Made by a program: the position numbers and the translations under genes. The notes under the pieces are model-generated. The model did no database searches and was not told the DNA's origin. It saw nothing but the letters and a program-made list of their open reading frames with translations. Source: Trichoplax sp. H2 (Eukaryota). Taken from it: a DNA stretch of 64,000 bases. Within the stretch, counting starts at the first letter, position 1, and every line of letters begins with the position of its first letter. Below are positions 27,645 through 39,900 of the stretch, in pieces. The stretch is from assembly GCA_003344405.1 (NCBI GenBank), contig NOWV01000167.1, forward strand, positions 1 through 64,000. The letters run 5' to 3'.

Positions 27645-28511
27645 CTACAGCTTAATACCATATTCCTTTAACATATACTGTAAAAGTAGGTCATCTTGCT
27701 CTGCTTCAGTGAGATCTCCATGGTAACCCTAAAGTAAAAGAGCACGTCAATAATTATAATAATTGAGACGTAAGGCAATTTTTGAAAAATCTGTGCTGCT
27801 TTCTAACATATAAATATACAATAATGATCTACTACGCATTACGAATTTACGTACTAGCTTTCTGATTCTGTCTTGATATATATGATACAATATAATTGCT
27901 GCAGCAACGGAAACATTATAACTCTCTACGAAACCAACCATACTGATGCGAAAGACGTTGTCGACTAAATTCATTGCTTCTTTAGAGATACCTTCCTGCT
28001 CTGAGCCAAGTACAACGGCTGTTTTATTAGAAAAGTCGAAAGAATCCAAAGTTTTCGTTTTATTTTCAGAGCTTGTTGCAAGAATTTTGTAGCCACATGA
28101 CTTCAGTTGAGAGATACATTCTTCAGTTGATTTCCAAGACTCAATATCAATCCATTTCATTGCTCCTGCATCAGTCCTTCCGCATGTCTTCAATCGGTAT
28201 AAAGGGCTGGGTATTCTATGTGCAGTTTGAAAACCTAAAGCATCCATTGTTCTGTATATAGCTTGTTCGTTACCTTCATTTGTAATCCCTTCCAAGACAA
28301 CAGCAATACTTCTTGTTCTATTTTTTACAGCATTTGTCATTTTATCAAGTCTTTCTTTCGTGAAAGCACAAGTAAGTTTCTGTAATAACTCTTTATTGTA
28401 AGATGCATTATTAGTCAGTGTGCCAAAATCCTCAATTGTAGATTTAGAAGTTACAACAGTCAGCATATCTTTGGCCTTCGTATATCGCCTCCATAGGCTA
28501 AAATAACTCAT
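27645..28511 (-). CDS. trmH: SpoU/TrmH-family tRNA (Gm18) 2'-O-methyltransferase, bacterial-type; exons 28511-27855, 27728-27645
   Basis: Motifs RTRSIAVVLE..N..AIYRTMDALG, GAMKWIDI, AVVLGSEQEGIS and ISMVGFVESYNVSVAAAI; spliced tail GYHGDLTEAEQ. Start codon uncertain. Confidence 0.85.
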
Positions 28512-29679
28512 ATTTTCGTTGGGACTGCAAGGTATCCTTGACTTTCTGATTATCAAATTTAAATGCAAGTGATAAATGTATGTATACAAGCTTCGTATTG
28601 AAGCATCGTACAAAGTTTATCACCAATTTTTCTTAAAAGCCAGGTATGTAAGTCCAATCAACAAGTGCTATATGCGAGATTTACAATTCAGTTATTAGTA
28701 CCTAAAGAGTGTTAATACATCGAAAGAAAGCATTAAGCTTTACACAATTCCTCGTTCCATTTTGCATTGTTTATTAAAGAATAGGCTAAATAAAAATTTT
28801 TATCTTAATGTAACATAAGAATTGCAATTCCATCAATTATAGTGTAAAACTATACTATAAAGTGTGTGATACGATATTAATATTACGGTGATTTCGAAGC
28901 CTTTTTGGGTCTAAAATAAGCCGTCGACGAGCTAGTATAAGTGATACGAATGATCTTGAAGGATCATGTGAACGTAATGAATTCACCATTATACTGTACA
29001 TGTAATATGATTACATCAATGCTATTTGGAAGGCACTGATTCAAGCAAACTCATGAAGATGCAAAGCGGGACGAAGTTAGCAAATTGCAGCTCAGAATAT
29101 GCAAAAGTGACATACTGTACACTACTCGTAAAACGAAGAATAGTCAAGTAAAATATTTATGCTATCATCAATCATGGAGTACCGACTAAAGAAAGAAATT
29201 TTCATATTTATTACTTGTTGTGGAGTGGTTTGAATGCTCCGTTGCTGTTTTTCACTTTAAAGAGCACACTGCGTTGCAGCTGGAGAGTAGTCAGTACAGA
29301 GAAGAAATTGCAGCGGTCATTCCATTCGTTCATTCCAATTTAATGAATGCTGGTGCATTCTGCGTTTGTGCCTCGCTAGTATGCGTAACCGTAAGGGTAC
29401 TGTACTACTGTATGGGTACTATACCATGGACTACTCGACATACCCTTGCATCAGGAGCAACTAACAGTCCATGATTATACTAGTGTAAACAACTAAAAAT
29501 GATGCAGTTCTGTTGATAGATGATTTGATCGTAATAAATTGACAATTTTCGACATTGTGTTACTAACTTAATTCTACAATAATCAAAGCTTAAATTATTT
29601 ATAAATAATACGCGTGCATGCAGTATCAAATCACATGAATAGAGTCCAAAGTTACACTGATAATTAATTTAAATTATAA

Positions 29680-30018
29680 CGAGTGTACCCGTACGTAATA
29701 CCGTACGCTGAGCTTTAACGTGTAACACTTACTATTCTACGTATTTTCGCATTTTGATTAATAACATGCAGTAGTCTTACCTTACATTCAGAGTTGTTAG
29801 AAGTTAAATACTTCGTTGTAAACAATATTTGATTGTTTTCTCTTGTATACTGTAATTCTACGGGGGCCTGCACGAACTCGTGATAAAGCTATATACAGCT
29901 GACCATGCGAAAATATTGGAATTTTGAAGTGTAAACCAATTTTTGTCAAGGTTTGACATTGTGATTTGTTGATCGTTATGGCAAAAGCCAGTCCGATCGG
30001 GAGCTGTAGCCTACTCAT
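29680..30018 (-). mobile_element. Helitron 3' remnant (PIF1-like helicase C-terminus plus terminal hairpin)
   Basis: LAFAITINKSQCQTL, FSHGQLYIALSRV and NIVYNEVF are Helitron helicase C-terminal motifs. Hairpin CGTACG-n6-CGTACG at 29690-29707, then CTCG/T (degenerate CTRR/T) at about 29679-29683. The 5' end was not located. Confidence 0.8.
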
Positions 30019-31586
30019 TCGAAATATATGCGGGCAGTGTTTATAATTGGGGCAATGTACCTAGTTTATAGCATATTTAATTCGAGTAAAGTTTTTGATC
30101 ATTTTGTTTGCAATTATTACAAATATTTTGCATGTATTTACATCACACTAACTTTATTTTAGTTTTTTATCGTGTGAGTTAGCAATCCGGAGGATTTTCC
30201 GGATGATTTAATTTTAATCACTATATTTGCATTACATCTGCGTATTTAGTTTGTGCTCATATCATATTGTAATTAATTACTTTTTGTTTTTCCTATATAT
30301 TGTACTGCAAAAATTTACTGTACGCAATTACTGGTCCGCTCCGAAATTCAAAATACATCAATTACTGCAATGATCTAATTCAAAGTACCGTAAATTATGC
30401 CATTAAAATCCGTATGACCGCATGTATTTGAAACGTCTCTACGAATTTAGGTCAATTTCTTGTAATTAACAGTACAATGCTGATTCGATTTTGCAATGCA
30501 TTCTTTGCAAAATTTCGCACATGAATATAATTACACGTGTGAAAGTCAAACATTGGAAATGATTAAGTTAACATGAGTGAAGACTACGGGAAACTTTGCT
30601 GGCACATCTTCGTGTTGACTAAAATAGAATTGTACCACAAATATCTATCTGCAATTTTAGTTTCAACACGAAATATCTATTAGATGGCATGAATAATACT
30701 ATTACTTCATCCATAGTAATTGATTTAATGACCTTTAATCAGCGGGACACATGCAAAATCGTTTCACGTGCAAGCCTACTAAAACTAACCTGTTATTATT
30801 ATCTATCTTTTGTGTATCAATAGGCTACCATTCTGAAATACTTTCACATCAGTTTGTACTGTAGCAATAGAATCTACATTCATACAATACGTACATAAAC
30901 GTGCATGAATGTGTAATGTATATATAGGCATTTGTTTATCCGCTACAAACCTAGTCATAATGTAGTAAATGTTTAAATGTTGTATTTTAATTCAATTTTT
31001 ATTACACCTCCAGCCTTTTTAGGAAGTTAAAAAAAAAAAAAGCGTAACGCTAAACATAAACCGTTGCAAATTATGTTTCTGATTCACTTCCAAGCACTGC
31101 CCATGCAAACTAATCATTAACGAGATTTAAGCAGCTTGTTACCTAAATTATTGTAATATTGCTAAGTGTAAATAAGAGGTGTGATTCTATCATATTGTTA
31201 AATACGAGCACATTGACGGAGTAAGAATTCTACGTGATACACCTCAAGGTTATTATTTGCAGTACGCTGGATCGTAGCTAATAGATTTTTGCATTTGTTT
31301 TTGGAGTATAATATAAAAGTCAGAGGTTATAGACTTACGTAGTGGTCTACCAAAATCTGTAACCAATAATAATTCATTATAGATAATTATAATAGCTCAT
31401 TATCACAAATTACTAAATACTCGTACAGAGTATATTGTAGTAAATATGATGCTACAGCGATGGTTGGGCATAAAGCAGTTAGTCGGATAGTCTGATATAA
31501 TACTCCACAAGATTGATACCTGGCTATCGAACTTTTAACATAGCTAGCTATTCATGTTAGTTCTGATGACGAGAATAAATGAGTTA

Positions 31587-32737
31587 TTAGTTAGCAAAAA
31601 CTGAATTTCCAATAGCTATAGGACCTAAACGATCTATTGCTGTGTTAATGCCAAATAATGGGCTGTTTTTCTGTCTGGGATCAGCTGATTTGCGATATGT
31701 TCTCATACTTATTAGCGGTTCTCGAGCTACATCCCGGACGCCAGTATTCGGGTCGACAGTTGTTAGCAGGCATCTTTCGCAGTTTTTTACTTTACGAAAT
31801 GTGGTATCGTTAATATGATAGTATTTGTAATGGTCTTCTACATGCGGCTCTTCAGCTATGAAAAGGTGGAGAATAACACTGTTAAACCGAGCTACGCATC
31901 GTTTATGACTTATTGCTATCGTAAAAGTGAATAGACAATACTGTTGACAACTGCTGAAAATAGAGTTAAAGGTAGAGAACAAGATGGATGATACGACATA
32001 TTGCAATCTTAACGCAACTCATTACTGCACTGTAGCCAGCATCATAAACACTTACTTTCTACAATAATATTTGGTCTAAAACTTTGCATGGAGATTTGGC
32101 GGGATGATTTTGTATTTAAAACATCCAAAGACGCAGTAAAAGTCAAATGATATGGAGTCAAATCGGCAAATGCACACTGATCATTGCTTTGACCGTCCAC
32201 ACCCCAAATAGAATCATCCTTGACGTAACGGTTAGGTGTGGTATCAGGCTTAAAGAGCAACTTGAGATTAGACTTGTTCAAATATTTGGAGAACCAATCT
32301 CCGATTTCTTTGCCACAGTCGAAAGCTGTAATATTTGTTCTCCATATTTTGATCTCTTTGCTGGTAGCTCCTTCAGCCACTTCCAAAGGTACCGCAACAG
32401 GAGGCATATCAGGTGCTGTCAATTTTAACTGTCCATCCTCAATTGAAGGTTGTACAAGTGCTAGCGTCGGTTCACTGCGTAGAGTTAGAAATAAATCGTT
32501 CTCATCGATAATAATCCAACGTCTGTCCCACTTAAAACCGTCAATGTTGCAATCGGCCGCGTCGAGTTTGATACCAGCACAAGACTTGATCGGATAGATG
32601 TATAACTGTTTGACGCGTCCAATTAATTTTTGAGAAGATTTGCGAATGGTTCTATATATCAAGTATGTGGCAATCAAAGCCGCTGCTGTGATTGTTACAG
32701 TGGTTATTATTGTTGATGAATCGCGATCGCCAGCCAT
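31587..32737 (-). CDS. MTARC: Mitochondrial amidoxime-reducing component (MOSC domain); exons 32737-32056, 31855-31587
   Basis: N-terminal hydrophobic anchor; motifs IYPIKSC, DRRW, FRPNI, CERC and PLFGIN; phase-1 GT-AG intron. Confidence 0.93.
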
Positions 32738-32877
32738 GGTGTATTAATTTTTAGTTTATCTTCTGTAGTTCCGGAGTTAAGTTAGAAAGAAAGAAGGAAA
32801 AATGATGGCTAGGTAATGCTGTGGGGTGGACAAATTGTCTCCTTTAATTACAGATTAGAGATTCGCCGGTCTTGTTC

Positions 32878-33840
32878 AATACTGGTACAGTACAGTATTC
32901 TGCCACTCTGTACTGTACAGTACGATATTGGTACAGTACTGTACAGTACTGTACAGTGTACTGTACTGTACAGTACAGTACAATTCCGTACAAAGAGTAC
33001 AGTACCTACTGTACTGTACACTGTAGCAAAATCTCCTAGTTTTTGATTACTTTCACGACTACTCTCAATTGCTTTCGTTCAAGATCAACGGTGGCGAAAG
33101 ATGATTACATAACCACAAAACGCCATCAGTTAGCATACCTTATGGCTAGTTAATATATAAGATATTGAACCTTTTCTGTATCTCTTTCTATGACTTTTTA
33201 TACTATACTGTACTGCACATTGTACAATCGTGCTATACTGTGTACAGTAATGCTGTAGTAGTCGATGACTAAACGCGTTTGCATGGGATTTGTTCATATA
33301 NNNNNNNNNNNNNNNNNNNNGGTGTATTAATTTTTAGTTTATCTTCTGTAGTTCTGGAGCTAAGTTAGAAAGAAAGAAGGAAAAATGATGGCTAGGTGAT
33401 GCTGAGGGGTGGACAAATTGTCTCCTTTAATTACAGATTAGAGATTCGCCGGTCTTGTTCAATACTCGTACAGTACAGTACAGTACGATACTGGTACAGT
33501 ACAGTACAATTCCGTACAAAGAGTACAGTACCTACTGTACTGTACACTGTAGCAAAATCTCCTAGTTTTTGATTACTTTCATGACTACTCTCAATTGCTT
33601 TCGTTCAAGATCAACGGTGGCGAAAGATGATTACATAACCACAAAACGCCATCAGTTAGCATACCTTATGGCTAGTTAATATATAAGATATTGAACCTTT
33701 TCTGTATCTCTTTCTATGACTTTTTATACTATACTGTACTGCACATTGTACAATCGTGCTATACTGTGTACAGTAATGCTGTAGTAGTCGATGACTAAAC
33801 GCGTTTGCATGGGATTTGTTCATATAGTACTGCATCAACA
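32878..33840. repeat. CAGTA/CTGTA arrays upstream of mARC; two allele-like copies (32738-33300, 33321-33826) around a gap
   Basis: Duplicated flanks differ mainly in the number of pentamer units. Confidence 0.9.
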
Positions 33841-35061
33841 GAGACTGACATGCTCAATTGCTTATCTACCGTAGTCTAACTTCTTCCGTTAAGTAGTCCT
33901 TAGATTCATACTGTAAAGGATTATATACTTATGATAATTATATAAGCACTTGTTGTGCCCCAGATCGAGATCCATATTATTGCAATACAATATTTCACAT
34001 TACTACGTTGAATAGGTATAGATGCTACTAGTAGATGAATGTAATTTAGTGACAGCAAAACAGATTTTCATCTCTTCACAATAATTTGGAAGAGAATAAG
34101 CATCGTAACGTATTTTGATGACTTAGTACGTACTATACTGTATATTCGCGATTCAGTAAGCGTAAATGGATCAAAACGGGTTAAGAAATTTTAGTTGCAT
34201 GATAGTACAGTGCAAGCATATTGGAAGTATTCTTTGTAGTTAAAATAGATAATCCTAGCTTTATTATTACTATTTAAATTTAATTTTTGTCGCGCTAAAC
34301 ATGATATACGAGCGTCCAGCTATTGAACAGTTCATACGATGATCACTATGACAATCATCTCAATGATTTTTCAAATTGGCTTAATTCTTGGAGTGTTCAT
34401 TATGGTACTGCGACCAACAATAATACGTAATATTCAAGCTGGTGGTGCTTCAAACCAGCTCTATAAAAGATTATTAGCTTAAGGGTACTTCACAATCCTG
34501 AATCTGGCATCTCTATATCTTGAATCAATGCTTGTAAACTTTAGTTAGAACACCAGAGGCGATTTATTTTTTATATTTCTATTCGAAAGCATACGGTAGA
34601 TTGGCAGCCAATTATACCTTAGCAATATAAGTACGCCGTAGACTATGAGAAAAAATCGGTAATCATCTAGTAGTTTATGACAACGCACTTTGATGAATGT
34701 ATAAATAAAATAACATAATCATAGACAAAGCAGCACTAGATTACACTATATACACTACTATGCAAAATGATTCATTCTGCATAGTAGTGTTATTTATTTA
34801 CTTGTGATTCAAGCATAACGAAGTACAGTCTTGTACTTTGTAATGCACATAGTACAGTATCATAAGTATTATTTACAGCATAGAAATATATCGCAACAAA
34901 GTTGGGAACATTCGCACTCACACTATAGTTATACTTTTGTACTTATATTACACAGTCTGGTATAATACAATAAGAAGAAATTTTCCAGTTTTACATAACA
35001 AGCTAGGCATCATTATGATAATTAATTGATGAATTACTGTATACGTGTATTATGAAGCGGA

Positions 35062-35421
35062 TTACTTTTTTCGATGGCGTTCCGCAGCTTCGTACAATGC
35101 ATGTTTATCTTTCAGCACTGTATTTTCAACCTCTTGCTGATGACTCCGAGAAGGTCGCCATTTACCTTTTGTTCTTGGCTTAGTTTCGTTGTTACCTGAT
35201 CGATAAGCTTGGGGGTAATTTGGATTGTTATGATTGCGTTGACTGGATAACTCGGAGCGCTGATGATGCCGGTAATGATATCTGTCTTGTCGCGGATTTA
35301 ACCAAGATTTGACGATGGGTTGAAATTGATGGCATCTTTTGTTTTCATTTTCTACATAGCCAGTATCGCTCTGCTTGTCGTATCGATCTTTGAATAACGT
35401 CTCGTAATCGGGACTTTCCAT
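35062..35421 (-). CDS. RAMAC: RNMT-activating mini protein (RAM/FAM103A1)-like, 119 aa
   Basis: YETLFKDRY...GY...KR...PIVKSW resembles the RAM N-terminal FEEMFASRF...PPIVEEW, followed by an N/R/Q/Y/P-rich tail. Lies divergent from ubinuclein. Confidence 0.7.
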   Translation of the reverse strand: MESPDYETLFKDRYDKQSDTGYVENENKRCHQFQPIVKSWLNPRQDRYHYRHHQRSELSSQRNHNNPNYPQAYRSGNNETKPRTKGKWRPSRSHQQEVENTVLKDKHALYEAAERHRKK

Positions 35422-35589
35422 TGGACTAACTGTAAGCTCGCTTATTGAATGTTTAATTGATATGACTAATGATTGTCGAGCAGTATTTCAATGCAGCTAT
35501 GATATTTGGCTGAATTCAAATTCAAATTGCAATTATGACTAGGAAGGAGAAAGTTGCAAGCCATCAACTCACAGACAGTGCCAAACTGT

Positions 35590-36740
35590 CAGTATACAGT
35601 ACTGTACTGTACACTTGTACAGTACCCTACACTACACTACAGTACAGTACAGTACTGTACATTACCGTGCATTGTGGTTCACACAGTACTGTACTGTACA
35701 CTGTACTGTACAGTACGTTCACCACAATATTATCCACTGTAGGATACAGTGGATAGTACTGTATCGTGGTCGGTGGGCTACAGTACTATCCACTGTGTTG
35801 TACAGTGTGCGTACTGTACAGTACTGCTAGGTGACATGAGCTACAGTACTGTACAGTACTGTACAGTACGTCCAGTACAGTACTATCCACTGTACTGGAC
35901 AGTACTGTGCAAAACCCAGCTGACTGCTAATTTGGAGCACCATCGCGTACAGTAGAACGTTCGATTACCGATGACCAGTACAGTTGAAATGACCAGTAGA
36001 GAAAGTCAGCCTCAACATCGCTANNNNNNNNNNNNNNNNNNNNGCTTATTGAATGTTTAATTGATATGACTAATGATCGTCGAGTAGTATTTCAATGCAG
36101 CTATGATATTTGGCTGAATTCAAATTCAAATTGCAATTATGACTAGGAAGGAGAAAGCTGCAAGCCATCAACTCACAGACAGTGCCAAACTGTCAGTATA
36201 CAGTACTGTAAAGTACGCTACACTACAGTACAGTACTGTACCGTACAGTACATTACTGTGCATTGTGGTTCATACTGTACAGTACAGTACTGTAAGGTGA
36301 CGTGAGCTACAGTACATACTGTACTGTAAGTTCATCACAATACTATCCACTGTATTCTACAGTGGATAGTATCGTGGTAGGTGGGCTACAGTACTGTACA
36401 CCCAGTATAGTACTATCCACTGTGTTGTACAGTGTGCGTACTGTACTGCTAGGTGACATGAGCTACAGTACGTCCAGTACAGTACTATCCACTGTACTGG
36501 ACAGTACTGTGCAAAACCCAGCTGGCTGCTAATTTGGAGCACCATCGCGTACAGTAGAACGTTCGATTACCGATGACCAGTACAGTTGAAATGACCAGTA
36601 GAGAAAGTCAGCCTCAACATCGCTAGTCAACTCTTTCCAGTGTTGTCCGGTAGTCACTGTCAGTACACTGTGTACTGTTAAAGTGTACAGTGTACAGTGT
36701 ACAGTACAGGACGCCAAACTGTACACTGAGTACTGTAGGC
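35590..36740. repeat. CAGTA/CTGTA arrays between divergent RAMAC-like and ubinuclein; allele-like copies 35440-36023 and 36044-36625
   Basis: Dense pentamer runs and inverted repeats, with duplicated sequence on both sides of the gap. Confidence 0.92.
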
Positions 36741-36916
36741 TCAAATGCAAAGGCCGCGCCAACTCAAAAGCCCCTTGTTACGTGATAGTGGTGTATTAGT
36801 GAATCAAGGCTGATTGGAACAGTGGATAAAATTACGTGGCCATTAGTGGATGGAATATTGCAGCAATTTTCATTTATAGAATTGCATCAAGTACTGCTGT
36901 CATTTCATTCATCAAG

Positions 36917-39900
36917 ATGAGTAAAAAAAGTACACCTTCACCTTTACTGGAAATGACAAACACAAATGGCAAACGATCGGCTACCAATCATGATCGCAGC
37001 AACAAGAAAAGGCGCACAGTGCGAGTTAACTTAACGTTAGCTTCTGGTCATAGTCAGGAATACAGTGAATTTTCATATCCTACTTTGTTAGGCTATATTG
37101 AGGTATAGTATTTCAATATTTTATCTATCCTTGCATAGGAAATTAGGATAATCAATGAGTGTGGAATAATAAGATAGTTCAACTAGGGTAGGGTATGCCA
37201 TAGACCTCTACGACGCCTATGGTACTGTAATTGCGCCTGTTTTGTACTTATTATTCTTGTCATTTCAAGCCAAAACGACAATACAGTACCAACAGTTTGC
37301 CAACATCAGGATAAAATAATGATAATAGAAGTGGATAGCACAGTCACTGAAATAAGGTATCCATCTCCTTCCTACTTATGACTCTTGTCTTTTGCTTATC
37401 ATGTCTTCCCAATTTGCATAACTTGTCGGATGATGTGCCAAATAGGTAAAATATCAGTGTTCTGCTTTCTTTCTTCATTCATCCAATCACTACAAGGCCA
37501 CTAGTAAAACACCACTTCGTTGTCATGGAGAATGATATCATAGGGCTACTGCCGTCACAAATTGCAATCTTACATGTTGTCGTTGTGAAACAACAACGAA
37601 TCTCGATAATAGCGTCGATACTACAAAATCAAAAATGACGCCATTTAAAACAGATTTTGGGCAATATTTTCTTTCCATTGTTTATTATTTTAATTCATTC
37701 AATAAAGTTAACATGAATTCCTGAATATTGCAAAGACTTGCTATATACAGTACAGCTGAGCAGTATCAAATTTACTTTTAGGCTACACTAGGGTTCACCA
37801 AAAATACATTATATCGAATCCAATCTTTGTACATCTGTTTGTAAAAGTAACATCTGTGTATACTCTCATTGAATTTTAGGAAGCTGAAGCTGAAATGGAA
37901 GAAGTCAATTCCCCATCATCAAATGATGTACCTGCTTTTAAAAATCATTACGAAAAGATAGCAGAGCAAATTGAGAAGAAGCTGGTAGGAACGACTGCAT
38001 AGTAATAATTGTGGTACCGTAATCGCTTGATTTCTACATTACTTGCTGTTCATTGTCAATCATAGCAATGATACGCACCGCTAGGCAACACTGGATACCG
38101 ACCACTTAAGGCAGTAATTATAGCTATGCAGCTTACTGTCGTCATCATTTGCCCTCCTAGAACATGTCAGGAACTGCAACGTCGCTGTCGTTAATTTTAG
38201 CCAGTGATTTCTTTTCACATACATATCTCACCAAATGGTTTCACGGTCAACGTATTTATAATTGAGTAGCAGTAGTCACGGACTATTCAATAAAAAAAGT
38301 GAATAGTCCATGCAGTAGTCAACTAACTCTATCATGCTAATTACTGTAAATAGATATAAAGAGGAATAATGTCCAATGCTAATTTAGATTTCGTTATCGT
38401 TGTACCCAAAAGTTACAGATAGATTTTCAACCTTTTCGGATTTACTTTACTTTATTGTAAACTAGGGTAGCATGATGGAATAAACTATGCAATACCTACG
38501 CTATCCTAGATATAAGTGATGAAAAATACTTCATTCTTTCTCCCCGTTGTCTACTACGTGTCATTCAATGAGCTCTTTTCTACAGCTAATAGTGTATTAT
38601 CGGTAGTCTATTCCGCATTGCAATTATATTTCTCTCTATCCTCTCCTGATAGTCAATATTCTATGCTCTATCATTTTCATTAGTACTCTTATAAATTAAT
38701 AACCTAGAATAACACTACCCGTAGTGGATACATTTACATTCACTTAATTTAAGCGTAGCTCGTAAATCTTTAGTGTTAAAAATACTGCCATTCCCATATT
38801 AATCCAGTAATTGATAACTGCAATCCTACAACATCAATTATTATACTCTTAATCATAATTATGCTACATTCCAATACAACACAAAGTCAATGAGTTTATA
38901 ACTAAATAAGAGTGTAACTGCACTATTAATGCCCTTCACATTTCGTAAAGTTCATGATTAAAGTGAGCCATGATAGTACGTTAGACATCTGCTAAGACAC
39001 TACCAAAATTGAAAAAAAAAGGTCTTTTACTGTATTGATCACAGTTTACGATAAGTAAAAACGCCATTGAAGATGTATACTGTATATCCTTATAGATTTT
39101 ATAACGTCGTTCCAATGATAAATTATACCCGTATTTCATACGCACAAACAATGATGTATATTGAAAATGGTGTTTAAATATCTTGTATCTACACTATCGG
39201 ATTTCAATTTTGCAGACGTCGACACACGACAGGACGAAACATAGGACGAAGGCCAAGGTACCTAATAACATTAGTGACTTTTTCAGTAATCATGGAACTG
39301 TACATTACTAAGCAAAGTAGCTTTTATATCCATATAAATCTGCGAATAATGATGAAGCTAGTGTTTTTTATGAACTGCCAATGACATAATAACCTCATGT
39401 AATGATGTAAATGTCAATTCTAATGCATTAGTAGATTAACTAAATTATGTTCTTATTTACTTTACTGAAACAACATCAAATTTGTAAAGAAAGCTTATGT
39501 CTTATCATACTGAAGAATTCTGTTATAACATTCGCTTAAAAAGTAACTTACTTTCACAGATCTAAAGTCTCTTTTGATCAAACCAGATCAAATAGCAAAT
39601 AGTCAGCATCTGTAAACTAAAATTTGAGTGCAATTTATTCGTATTTTTCATCTAAAATTTTTAGTGTTTGTTTATGCTGTAGGATCACGTCGCATATCGA
39701 GCGCATGGTTACGATGCCAATGACACTTTTATTGACGATAACCAACATGTTAGTTAAAATGATAAGACTGTATATTTTTCTGTTCCTTAACTTTTCGCAG
39801 TAAGCAAATTGGTTGTATTCCCTCCAGTTGATATTTCCAGCCACAATGACTCTATAGTTGCTTGGTAGCTAGTATTGAGCCACATGCGTCTGAGATCATT

